64,000 nucleotides of DNA from an uncultured Clostridia bacterium (GTDB lineage: Bacteria > Bacillota > Clostridia > Christensenellales > UBA1242), in the NCBI GenBank assembly GCA_944384445.1, contig CALWTL010000002.1:3087-67086 (forward strand). Reading direction: 5' to 3'. The position numbers and the translations under genes were made by a program. Below the pieces are notes generated by a model. That model searched no databases. It was not told the DNA's origin and saw nothing but the letters and a program-made list of their open reading frames with translations. Below, piece after piece: positions 17,880-28,152 of this stretch (positions are counted from its first letter, which is position 1; each line of letters begins with the position of its first letter).

Positions 17880-20357
17880 ATGTATAATTTAACAGATTTA
17901 GCAAATAAATGCATACAAATTGCTTCTCAATTTGCTTCTAATTACGGTAATGAAGTAGGTACAGAACATATTTTGTATGCCTTAACAAAAGTTGAAAGCA
18001 AATCAAAAAAATTATTAAAAGCTTATCGAGTTGATAGCGATATAATAAAAGAAATTTTGGACGGTGTAGTAGGTGGCATACCTTCTAGTGTTGTTGAATT
18101 AACACCAAGAACAAAAGAATTATTGATGATTGCTAATAGTGTGGCAAAACGTACACGCAGTTCATATATTTCTACAGAACATTTGCTTGTAGCATTATTG
18201 AGTCAAGAAGACAGTTTTGCAATTAACATTTTGGCTGGTGCGTTAAAATTAAATGTATATGATATGAGAAATAAAGCTATAGGTATCATTACAAATTCAG
18301 CTAACAATCAACCAAACAAAACTAATGAATTTGATACAAATGGTTTTGTACAGGTAGGTAGTATGAATTCAGACGTTTCACCTAGACAAGAAGCATACAC
18401 AAGTGAATTACCTCCTGAATTGTTAGAAATGGGTAGTGATTTGACCATGCGAGCAAAAAATGGAAAAATTGACCCAATTATAGGTAGAGATAATGAAATT
18501 GAAAGAATGATTGAAATTCTTTGTAGAAAGACTAAAAACAATCCTGTTTTAATAGGAGAAGCAGGAGTGGGTAAGACTGCTGTAGTAGAAGGACTAGCTA
18601 GACGAATTGTTTCAGGCGATGTACCACAATTTTTAAAAAATAAAATTATTTATAGTCTAGATATTGGTGGTTTGATGGCGGGAACAAAATATCGTGGTTC
18701 TATGGAAGAAAAATTAAAAAATGCTATTGATTTAATAACTACTAATAAAAATATAATAGTATTTATTGATGAAATTCATACATTAGCACAAGTTGGAACA
18801 GATAAAGGTGAAACTAATCCAGCTGATATGTTAAAGCCATATCTTGCACGAGGAGAAATGCAAACAATAGGTGCTACTACTACTGATGAATATAGAAAGT
18901 ATATTGAAAAAGATAAAGCACTTGAAAGAAGGTTCCAACCAATAATTATTGACCCACCAACAGTTGAACAAACCATTGAAATTTTACGAGGATTAAGAGA
19001 TAGTTATGAAGCCTTCCACAAAGTTAAAATTTCAGATGAAGCGATAAAAGCGGCTGCTACCTTGTCTGATAGATACATTCAAGATAGAAGTTTGCCAGAT
19101 AAAGCTATTGACCTAATAGACGAAGCATCAAGTAGAGCAAAAGTAAAAAATAATTATGATTCTGCTGAAATCAAGACATTAAAAGAAAAATTAAAAAAGG
19201 TTGAAGCTGAAAAAGAAGATGCTGTCACTCAAGAAGATTTTGAGAAAGCAGGTAAATTACGTGATAAAGCGACAAAATTAAAAGACGAGATAGAACGATT
19301 AAAATCTATTCCTAGCACAAGTGAACAAACTGATGCTACTATTACAGAGCAAGATGTAGCTGAAGTAGTTAGCAAATGGACAAATATACCACTAACAAAA
19401 TTAACAGAAGGTGAAGCAGAAAAACTTATTAATCTTGAAAAGACTCTTTCAGCTCGTGTCAAAGGGCAAGATGAAGCTGTTGAAAAAGTTGCAAAAGCAA
19501 TAAGACGAAGTCGTATAGGAATTAGAGATCCAAGACGACCTATAGGAAGTTTCTTATTCTTGGGACCTACAGGTGTTGGTAAAACAGAATTGAGTAAAGC
19601 ATTAGCAGAAGCTTTATTTGACGATGAAAATAAAATCATAAGACTTGATATGAGTGAATATATGGAAGCACATAGTGTGTCTAAACTTATTGGTAGTCCT
19701 CCAGGATATGTTGGCTTTGATGATGGCGGACAATTGACTGAACAAGTAAGAAGAAAACCATATAGCGTTGTATTATTTGATGAAATTGAAAAAGCACATC
19801 CAGAAGTATTTAATATGTTGCTACAAATTTTGGACGATGGTCGACTCACAGATAGTCATGGCAAAATTGTTAGTTTTAAAAACACTATAATAATTTTAAC
19901 ATCTAACATAGGTAGTGATAAACTTAGCAAAACAAATGTAGATTTAGGATTTAATGATGGTAATAAGAATGATAAATCTACAGTAATGCTAAGTGAACTA
20001 AAAAAATATTTTAAACCTGAATTAATTAATCGTATTGACAACATTGTAATATTTAATAAACTAAATCAACAAGTATTAAAAGATATTGCAAAGAAGATGT
20101 TAGCAGATTTGAATAAAAATTTAAAACAAAGCGGTGTTGAATTAAAATTCACAACAGCTACATTAAATTATCTTGTAAAGAATGGAACAAATGATGAATT
20201 TGGAGCAAGACCTTTGCGTAGACTAATTACAAGCAAGATAGAAGATGAGTTAGCTGACAAGATGTTAAAAGGCGAAATAAAATCAGGAGATAATATTTTG
20301 ATTGATTGTAAAGACGATAAATTATTGTTTTTGACAAAAACTGAAGAAAAAGAATAA
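17880..20357 (+). CDS. clpC: ATP-dependent Clp protease ATPase subunit ClpC
   Basis: Clp-N repeats, two AAA+ modules (GEAGVGKT, GPTGVGKT) and a UVR linker (EDFEKAGKLRDKATKLK). ATG 17880 after AAGGAG. Confidence 0.95.
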   Translation: MYNLTDLANKCIQIASQFASNYGNEVGTEHILYALTKVESKSKKLLKAYRVDSDIIKEILDGVVGGIPSSVVELTPRTKELLMIANSVAKRTRSSYISTEHLLVALLSQEDSFAINILAGALKLNVYDMRNKAIGIITNSANNQPNKTNEFDTNGFVQVGSMNSDVSPRQEAYTSELPPELLEMGSDLTMRAKNGKIDPIIGRDNEIERMIEILCRKTKNNPVLIGEAGVGKTAVVEGLARRIVSGDVPQFLKNKIIYSLDIGGLMAGTKYRGSMEEKLKNAIDLITTNKNIIVFIDEIHTLAQVGTDKGETNPADMLKPYLARGEMQTIGATTTDEYRKYIEKDKALERRFQPIIIDPPTVEQTIEILRGLRDSYEAFHKVKISDEAIKAAATLSDRYIQDRSLPDKAIDLIDEASSRAKVKNNYDSAEIKTLKEKLKKVEAEKEDAVTQEDFEKAGKLRDKATKLKDEIERLKSIPSTSEQTDATITEQDVAEVVSKWTNIPLTKLTEGEAEKLINLEKTLSARVKGQDEAVEKVAKAIRRSRIGIRDPRRPIGSFLFLGPTGVGKTELSKALAEALFDDENKIIRLDMSEYMEAHSVSKLIGSPPGYVGFDDGGQLTEQVRRKPYSVVLFDEIEKAHPEVFNMLLQILDDGRLTDSHGKIVSFKNTIIILTSNIGSDKLSKTNVDLGFNDGNKNDKSTVMLSELKKYFKPELINRIDNIVIFNKLNQQVLKDIAKKMLADLNKNLKQSGVELKFTTATLNYLVKNGTNDEFGARPLRRLITSKIEDELADKMLKGEIKSGDNILIDCKDDKLLFLTKTEEKE

Positions 20358-20403
20358 AATTAATAAGTAGTTATTTTAAGATTCAACAACTAATTTCTAT
20401 AAA

Positions 20404-20437
20404 ATAAGGTCTTTAAAAATAAAGACCTTATTTTTTT
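20404..20437. terminator. bidirectional intrinsic terminator after clpC
   Basis: 11-bp arms ATAAGGTCTTT / AAAGACCTTAT followed by TTTTTTT. Overlaps the stop of the convergent ORF 20428. Confidence 0.75.
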
Positions 20438-21096
20438 ATGCTTCCATTTTCAAGATTAACGCGTTTAGCATCATAAAGTGATATTTGATTAATATCTGAA
20501 TTTTCGCAAGCTATAATAATCAAATCTTTTTTAAATTCATTGATAATATCATTTGCTAATTGATAAAACTTTTCATCTAAATTATCAAAAAAATGTTCTA
20601 ATAATAAATATTTTGGTTTTCTAATGCAGGCACGTAATAATGTAATAATTTTTTTTTCTGAAATGGATAAATCCTTGATTTTTTTAACTGAAAAATTTAT
20701 ATCAAATTTTTTTAAATAGTTATTGATTAAATTTTTTGCTTCATTTTTTTTAATTTTACGTATTTTTAATGGATAATATAAGTTATCAAACACAGATTTA
20801 TTTTTAAAGAGATAAGCATCTTCACTAACGTAAGCTACATTTAATTCATTATCTTTTATTTTAGTCAAATTTAGACCATCAATAAAAATTTCACCTACAT
20901 ATTTTTTATCTATTTTGCTAATCAAACGAAGAATAGAGTTAGTTCCATCAAAACATTCTCCAATTAAAATGGTATTTGTATTTATTTTCAGATTAATATC
21001 ATACAAAGTATAATAATCTTTTATATATTTCAAATATACGTGGACAAATTCTATCATACATAACATTTTATCAAATATTAGAAAAAATGCAATCAA
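20428..21096 (-). CDS. ABC-ATPase-fold protein with degenerate catalytic motifs
   Basis: Colinear with ABC NBDs, but Walker A is GECFDGTNS, the signature is LSISEK, Walker B is LLLEHF, and the H-loop His is absent. Start is uncertain: TTG 21096 overlapping the protease stop, or ATG 21066 or 21057. Confidence 0.6.
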   Translation of the reverse strand: MIAFFLIFDKMLCMIEFVHVYLKYIKDYYTLYDINLKINTNTILIGECFDGTNSILRLISKIDKKYVGEIFIDGLNLTKIKDNELNVAYVSEDAYLFKNKSVFDNLYYPLKIRKIKKNEAKNLINNYLKKFDINFSVKKIKDLSISEKKIITLLRACIRKPKYLLLEHFFDNLDEKFYQLANDIINEFKKDLIIIACENSDINQISLYDAKRVNLENGSIKK

Positions 21097-22202
21097 ATAT
21101 TGAAAGTTAGGTATCCTGCACCTTCAGTGTCTATATCTCCAGTAATCTTTTTGCAATGTGAAATAAGAAATTTTTTTATTTCATTATTAGTTATGTTAGG
21201 CCATTTTGATTTAATATCTGCACATATACCTGCAACTATTGGAGTAGCAACACTTGTTCCACTCATGTTAGTATATAAAGGAATTTTGTTATCACATGAT
21301 CTTATCTGAACTGCGGGAGCAAGCAAATCAGGTTTATGTCCGTAAATAGTTGGTCCACGACTGCTAAAATCTGCAGTTTGCATACTGGTTTCGTCAAGTG
21401 CTCCAACAGTTATTATATTGGGATTATTTCCAGGAGATTTAATAGTACCTTTTTCTGGACCACTGTTCCCAGCAGCTGCCACGACAGTAATTCCACGTTT
21501 CCAAAGAGCTGCTGCGCCATTAGTAAGAGGGTCATTATTTGATACAACTTCGGCACCAAAACTCATACAAACGACACTGATATTATAAACTTTATGATTT
21601 TCATATACCCATTGCATAGCATCTAAAATTACATTGCTATTACTGTTTCCTTTTTGACCCAAAGCTTTTATTGAAATTATATTTGCTCGTGGAGCAAATC
21701 CAATATTCTTATTATTAATTTTCCCATTACCACATGCAATACCAGATACAAACGTTCCGTGTCCATTGTCATCGTATGGAGTAGGGTAATGATTTATTAA
21801 ATCTATGAATTTAATAATTCTACTTTTAGGATAAATAAAATCAAAATGCGGGTAAATTCCTGTATCAATAAAACAAATTGTTTGACCTTGCCCTAAATAT
21901 GTATTTTGTGTAAGACGAGATAAATTCATATTATCAATTTGTAGTTGTTGAATTTTAACAATAGGATTTGAATGAATGAAATTAATATTTTCTTGATTTG
22001 ATAAAATGGATATGTCATCAAAATCTGCATTCATAGCAAAACAATTTGCAAATTTATAAGGGGTATATCTGTATTTATATTCATCTAAAAATTGTTTAGT
22101 TGACCAAAAATTGTTTGAACTTATGAAAATACGATCTGTGTGATTTTTGTCTAAAACAGATACAGAATTTAATAATTCAGGGGAAATTTTATTTTTGTTC
22201 AT
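21093..22202 (-). CDS. S8 (subtilisin-family) serine protease without signal peptide
   Basis: Catalytic triad contexts FIDTGI (Asp), HGTFVSG (His) and GTSVATPIVAG (Ser). About 100-aa N-terminal pro-like region and no hydrophobic leader. Confidence 0.85.
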   Translation of the reverse strand: MNKNKISPELLNSVSVLDKNHTDRIFISSNNFWSTKQFLDEYKYRYTPYKFANCFAMNADFDDISILSNQENINFIHSNPIVKIQQLQIDNMNLSRLTQNTYLGQGQTICFIDTGIYPHFDFIYPKSRIIKFIDLINHYPTPYDDNGHGTFVSGIACGNGKINNKNIGFAPRANIISIKALGQKGNSNSNVILDAMQWVYENHKVYNISVVCMSFGAEVVSNNDPLTNGAAALWKRGITVVAAAGNSGPEKGTIKSPGNNPNIITVGALDETSMQTADFSSRGPTIYGHKPDLLAPAVQIRSCDNKIPLYTNMSGTSVATPIVAGICADIKSKWPNITNNEIKKFLISHCKKITGDIDTEGAGYLTFNI

Positions 22203-22491
22203 TTATTGCATTAATGAGTGAATTTAACATTTGTTGTTGTTCACTATTTAAAAAAGGTGACATAGTTGATTTTAAATTGCTTAATTGATTAGCATCTAAT
22301 TTACCTTCTTTTTTTAGTTTGCTTGCTTCATTAAATAAGTTAGACATCAATTCATTATTATCCATATTTTTATATTTGTCTAAAATATGTTGATACTCAT
22401 TAGCTTTTTCTTGATTGTCATCTATTATTTTTTTATTTTCTTCAACTACTTTTTTATGTTCTTTTGAAAAATTTTTAAAATCTCTTGGCAT
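22189..22491 (-). CDS. hypothetical small helical, charged protein
   Basis: 100-aa ORF whose 3' end overlaps the S8 protease start by 14 nt. K/E/N/Q-rich and probably all helical. Confidence 0.5.
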   Translation of the reverse strand: MPRDFKNFSKEHKKVVEENKKIIDDNQEKANEYQHILDKYKNMDNNELMSNLFNEASKLKKEGKLDANQLSNLKSTMSPFLNSEQQQMLNSLINAINEQK

Positions 22492-22566
22492 ATTAACCTC
22501 TTAGATATTATTATGACTTTTCAAATTATTAAGTGACAATAATTAAAAATTTTCATAAATAATATT

Positions 22567-23091
22567 ATGGAATTTGAAGATAGTAGGAATGCATTATTTA
22601 CTGAACCGAATGCATATATTCAACATTATGAATCTAAAGAGAAAACTCATCCTAAAAAGATAATTTTTCAAGAGCCTTATGAAAATTTTCCTAATTTTTA
22701 CATTGATAATGATTTTAAAAAAAACAACAATGATAACATAGATAAAAAAAATAATAATAATGCTGAAAAAAATTATTCAAATAAAAAATCAAATTTTCCT
22801 TTTAATTTTAAAAATATATTTCCGTTTTTAGGTGCCTTAACTAATGGCGGTGGATTAGGGAATTTAATATCGGCATTTTCAAATAATACATCAAGTGGAG
22901 ATAATAAATTAGGAAATAATTTAAATATATCAAACTTAATTAATATGTTTTCTTCTAATAATGGAGAAAATAATTTATTAAATTTATTTAATTTATCTAA
23001 TATAAGCGGATTATTCAATAAAAAAAATGATAAGAAAAAAGAAATGAAGTCAACAGATTTTTGTATAAAAGATTATGAGCGAATTAATTAA
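22567..23091 (+). CDS. hypothetical Asn-rich low-complexity protein
   Basis: 174-aa ORF divergent from 22491, with N/K runs and repeated GxLxNLxxxFSxNN-like units. No family recognised. Confidence 0.45.
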   Translation: MEFEDSRNALFTEPNAYIQHYESKEKTHPKKIIFQEPYENFPNFYIDNDFKKNNNDNIDKKNNNNAEKNYSNKKSNFPFNFKNIFPFLGALTNGGGLGNLISAFSNNTSSGDNKLGNNLNISNLINMFSSNNGENNLLNLFNLSNISGLFNKKNDKKKEMKSTDFCIKDYERIN

Positions 23092-23300
23092 AAATTTTAA
23101 AAAAATTAAAAAAACCATATAAATTTATAGTTTTTAATAATAAATAATTGCAATTTTAATTTTATTTTTTAATATTTAAAAAAATATATTTTTTTTGACA
23201 AATATTTCAAATCGAAAAATATCGAAAAAATTTAATTTAAAAAATATAATAAAAATTTAAAATTATTAGACAAAATATTTAAGAAAAAATAAAAAAAGTA

Positions 23301-23591
23301 TTATATAATATGCTTAATACCTTTTTTTTCACTATGTCGATACAAAACAATCTTTTTACCTATTGTCGTAACAACTTCAGCTCCTAACTTTACAGCCATT
23401 TCAGTTAATTCAAATTCAGAAGGTTGAGTAGTGTTCTCTTGCATACTAATTTTTACTAATTCATGATTAAACAATTCTTCATCAATTTGTTTTAAAACAT
23501 TTTCAGTAAAGCCATCTTTTCCTACCCAAACAACTGGTTTTAAATTTTGTGCAAAACTTCTTAAAGTGATTCTTTCTTTTTTTGTTATCAT
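23301..23591 (-). CDS. yhbY: ribosome-assembly RNA-binding protein YhbY (CRM domain)
   Basis: ITKKERITLRSFAQNLKPVVWVGKDGFTENVLKQIDEELFNHELVKI is the CRS1/YhbY pattern. Confidence 0.85.
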   Translation of the reverse strand: MITKKERITLRSFAQNLKPVVWVGKDGFTENVLKQIDEELFNHELVKISMQENTTQPSEFELTEMAVKLGAEVVTTIGKKIVLYRHSEKKGIKHII

Positions 23592-23666
23592 ATTTTCTCC
23601 CTAAATTTTTTTAATATTAACTATAAAACGTTTATAGTATAAATTTTAATTATAATATTTTTTTAA

Positions 23667-25618
<1,952 letters not shown>

Positions 25619-25637
25619 AATAATATGATATCAGATA

Positions 25638-25684
25638 AGAAAAAAATAGTCAATTGTCTGTATTAATAAAACAAGTGACTATTT
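25638..25684 (-). terminator. possible terminator after the DUF3343 gene
   Basis: 9-bp arms AAATAGTCA / TGACTATTT with a long 23-nt loop and a short U-run on the minus strand. Confidence 0.3.
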
Positions 25685-25689
25685 ATAAA

Positions 25690-25950
25690 TCAATAAAATT
25701 TTTCTACTTCTTCATGAGTTCCTTTTCTGGTAATAGAATATATTCCTATTAGTCCAGATAGGTTGATTTTTCGAAGTAAAGAAAGTACTATTTGTAAATT
25801 GTGAAATTCGGTTTTTATACTAAGACCACAACTTGTTGAAATTATCCTTGGAGTATTTATTATATTAGTATATATACCATTTTTTTTCAATATTTTTGCA
25901 AAGGTCATAACACTGTTTCTAGATTTAAAAGATATTATTAGATATTTCAT
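25690..25950 (-). CDS. DUF3343-family protein (putative S/Se carrier-like)
   Basis: 86 aa. FKSRNSVMTFAKILKKNGIYTNIINTPRIISTSCGLSI matches the DUF3343 pattern with the conserved Cys. Confidence 0.65.
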   Translation of the reverse strand: MKYLIISFKSRNSVMTFAKILKKNGIYTNIINTPRIISTSCGLSIKTEFHNLQIVLSLLRKINLSGLIGIYSITRKGTHEEVEKFY

Positions 25951-25996
25951 ATTAGCCCTCTATAACACTATATTTTAAATTTTCATATTGTGTTAT

Positions 25997-27121
25997 ATGA
26001 TATATTTTGATAACGCAGCAACAAGTTTATATAAACCAGCACAAGTGAAACGTGCAGTAATTGAAGCAATGAATAAATTTACAGCAAATCCGGGCAGAAG
26101 TGGGCATGTAAAATCTATGGAAGTAGCCGAAAAAATATTTGAAACTAGAGAAAGTATAAAGGACTTTTTTGGTGCTGATAATTATGAAATTATATTTACT
26201 AAAAATTGTACTGAAGCATTAAATATTGCAATAATGGGAGTTTTAAAATCTGGTGACCATGTTATTGCAAGTTGCTATGAACATAATTCAATATTGCGTC
26301 CATTGGAGTATTTGAAGACTAAAGGGATTGAAGTTAGCATAATATTTTCAGATTTGTGTGATTTTGCTACTAATTTAGAAAAAGAAATTAAGGAAAATAC
26401 AAAATTAGTTATATGTACAATGGTCTCAAATGTGACAGGAGAAGTTAGCAATGTTGATGAAATAGGTAAGATTTGTAAAAAACATAATATTTTATATCTT
26501 ATAGATGGTGCTCAATCTAGTGGTCATATGATAATTAATTTAACCAAATCTGATGCGGATATGTATGCTTTCGCAGGACATAAAGGATTGTTGTCAATCA
26601 CTGGCGTTGGTGGATTAATTGTAAAAAAAGGAATTAAATTAAAACCAATTTTGTACGGAGGAACTGGTACTGAAAGTGAAAATTTGATTCAACCATGTTC
26701 ATTGCCAGAAGGTTTTGAAGCAGGTACAATCCCATCTGTTCCAATTATAAGTTTAAAAGCAGGCATAGACTACATTAATAAAAATTTTTCAAATATTGTA
26801 GAAAAAGAAGAAAATTTAACTAAATATTTATATAATTCATTAAAAAAATTAAAATTTTTAACTGTACATTCAAAAGAAAATTCTAAAAATGTAATATGTT
26901 TTAATATGAACAATGTTGATTCAATGTACGTTGCTGATTTGTTAAATGAAAAATATCAAATTTGCGTACGTGCTGGTCTTCATTGTGCACCATTAATCCA
27001 TAAAAAATTAAAAACAATTGATACTGGAGCGGTTAGAGTATCAATTGATTTTAATAATGGTTTTGTTGAAATTGATATGTTAGTAGATGCATTAAAAACT
27101 ATTTATTCTGCCTTATCTTAG
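25997..27121 (+). CDS. class V aminotransferase / cysteine desulfurase family protein
   Basis: IYFDNAATS N-terminus, PLP-Lys context FAGHKGL, and RAGLHCAP near the C-terminus. ATG 25997 preferred over the TTG 25988 track start. Confidence 0.8.
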   Translation: MIYFDNAATSLYKPAQVKRAVIEAMNKFTANPGRSGHVKSMEVAEKIFETRESIKDFFGADNYEIIFTKNCTEALNIAIMGVLKSGDHVIASCYEHNSILRPLEYLKTKGIEVSIIFSDLCDFATNLEKEIKENTKLVICTMVSNVTGEVSNVDEIGKICKKHNILYLIDGAQSSGHMIINLTKSDADMYAFAGHKGLLSITGVGGLIVKKGIKLKPILYGGTGTESENLIQPCSLPEGFEAGTIPSVPIISLKAGIDYINKNFSNIVEKEENLTKYLYNSLKKLKFLTVHSKENSKNVICFNMNNVDSMYVADLLNEKYQICVRAGLHCAPLIHKKLKTIDTGAVRVSIDFNNGFVEIDMLVDALKTIYSALS

Positions 27122-27929
27122 GTAAAATTTTGCAAATGATACTAAAAATAAGTAATAAACTACCAAAAATTATATAATATAAGTGATATGGCAAAATAAT
27201 ACTACTAAATATTAAAATTAAACCACAAAAAAAGTATGATTTAGCTTTTTCAGGTATAAATAAACCATTTAAAATGTCTTTAAATTTTAATTTTGTTATT
27301 GAAGTGTTAATTTTACTTTCATCGGGATATATTTGATATTTTGAAAAATAATCTATAAACAATTTTTCTTTTGTAATTAATAATATCTCTTTATCAATAA
27401 ATATTTTTGTTTTAATATTTTCGCACACACTATTACAAACAATATCTATTACATCTATATCAAAATCTAAAAATTCATCAATAAGATTAATTAAATCATT
27501 ATTGTTAATTCGTTCTATATGTGTTGCTATTATTACAATATGTTTCTTATTATCTTTGTTATATGTTAAAATTCCATTATTAATTTTGGTTTCATTTTCT
27601 TTGCTTAATATTTGATATAACAAGTCAATTTTACTTTTTCTTGGTGTTAATCTAAATGCTAAAAAACATTTATTCATTTTATCCGTATTTTTTTTATTTA
27701 AATTTATTTTTTCTTGTTTTTTATTAAGAAAATAATATAGAACAAAAACGCATGCAGAACTAAATATTATACTAAGAAAAAATGTGCTCCAAAGATTTCG
27801 TATATAAAAATTTATCCATGCATATATAATTAAAAATATTGATACGCTTATAAATATTTTATCTAATAAATTTATAATTTTAAATTTTGACATATATAAA
27901 TGATTGCAAAAATGATGATATTTATACAT
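27099..27929 (-). CDS. hypothetical membrane protein (2 TM, soluble domain, 2 TM)
   Basis: 276-aa ORF. The 3' end overlaps the convergent desulfurase gene by 23 nt. The likely start may be the internal ATG giving MSKFKII. Confidence 0.5.
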   Translation of the reverse strand: MYKYHHFCNHLYMSKFKIINLLDKIFISVSIFLIIYAWINFYIRNLWSTFFLSIIFSSACVFVLYYFLNKKQEKINLNKKNTDKMNKCFLAFRLTPRKSKIDLLYQILSKENETKINNGILTYNKDNKKHIVIIATHIERINNNDLINLIDEFLDFDIDVIDIVCNSVCENIKTKIFIDKEILLITKEKLFIDYFSKYQIYPDESKINTSITKLKFKDILNGLFIPEKAKSYFFCGLILIFSSIILPYHLYYIIFGSLLLIFSIICKILPKIRQNK

Positions 27930-27982
27930 TTTTTTATTTTTTTATAATTATTTTTAATGACAATAATTTAAAATATCTATTC

Positions 27983-28006
27983 TTTATACTCTGATTTTTA
28001 TACTCT
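27983..28006. repeat. direct repeat TTTATACTCT x2 (starts 14 nt apart)
   Basis: Copies at 27983-27992 and 27997-28006, in the divergent intergenic region. Confidence 0.6.
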
Positions 28007-28057
28007 AAACATTTTTTAAATGGTCAAAAATTGATATATCTAGATTAAATAATTATT

Positions 28058-28093
28058 AAGTGATAAATTAAGTGATAAATTAAGTGATAAATA
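28058..28093. repeat. tandem 12-bp repeat AAGTGATAAATT x3
   Basis: Three head-to-tail copies; the last differs at its final base. They lie 60-95 nt upstream of the pdp ATG. Confidence 0.8.
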
Positions 28094-28152
28094 ACAATGT
28101 TATCTTATTTGACAAATTTTATAAATGTATATAAAATAAAATAAGGTGGGTT

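Noticed and set aside
19229-19849. 206-aa antisense ORF inside clpC. Similar antisense ORFs lie at 18308-18541, 18776-18976, 19856-20044, 35180-35611, 35666-35923, 47345-47665, 47924-48316, 52325-52570 and elsewhere.
   Set aside because: These are shadow ORFs on the opposite strand of strongly conserved, relatively GC-rich genes. Their translations are Ser/Leu/Phe/Cys-rich nonsense with no RBS and no recognisable domains.
22524-22536. Exact 13-mer AATTATTAAGTGA shared by the 22.5-kb divergent promoter region and the repeat region upstream of pdp (28051-28063), a possible common operator.
   Set aside because: A rough expectation for chance 13-mer matches between any two positions in 64 kb of DNA this AT-rich is in the hundreds or more, so a single shared 13-mer is not evidence.
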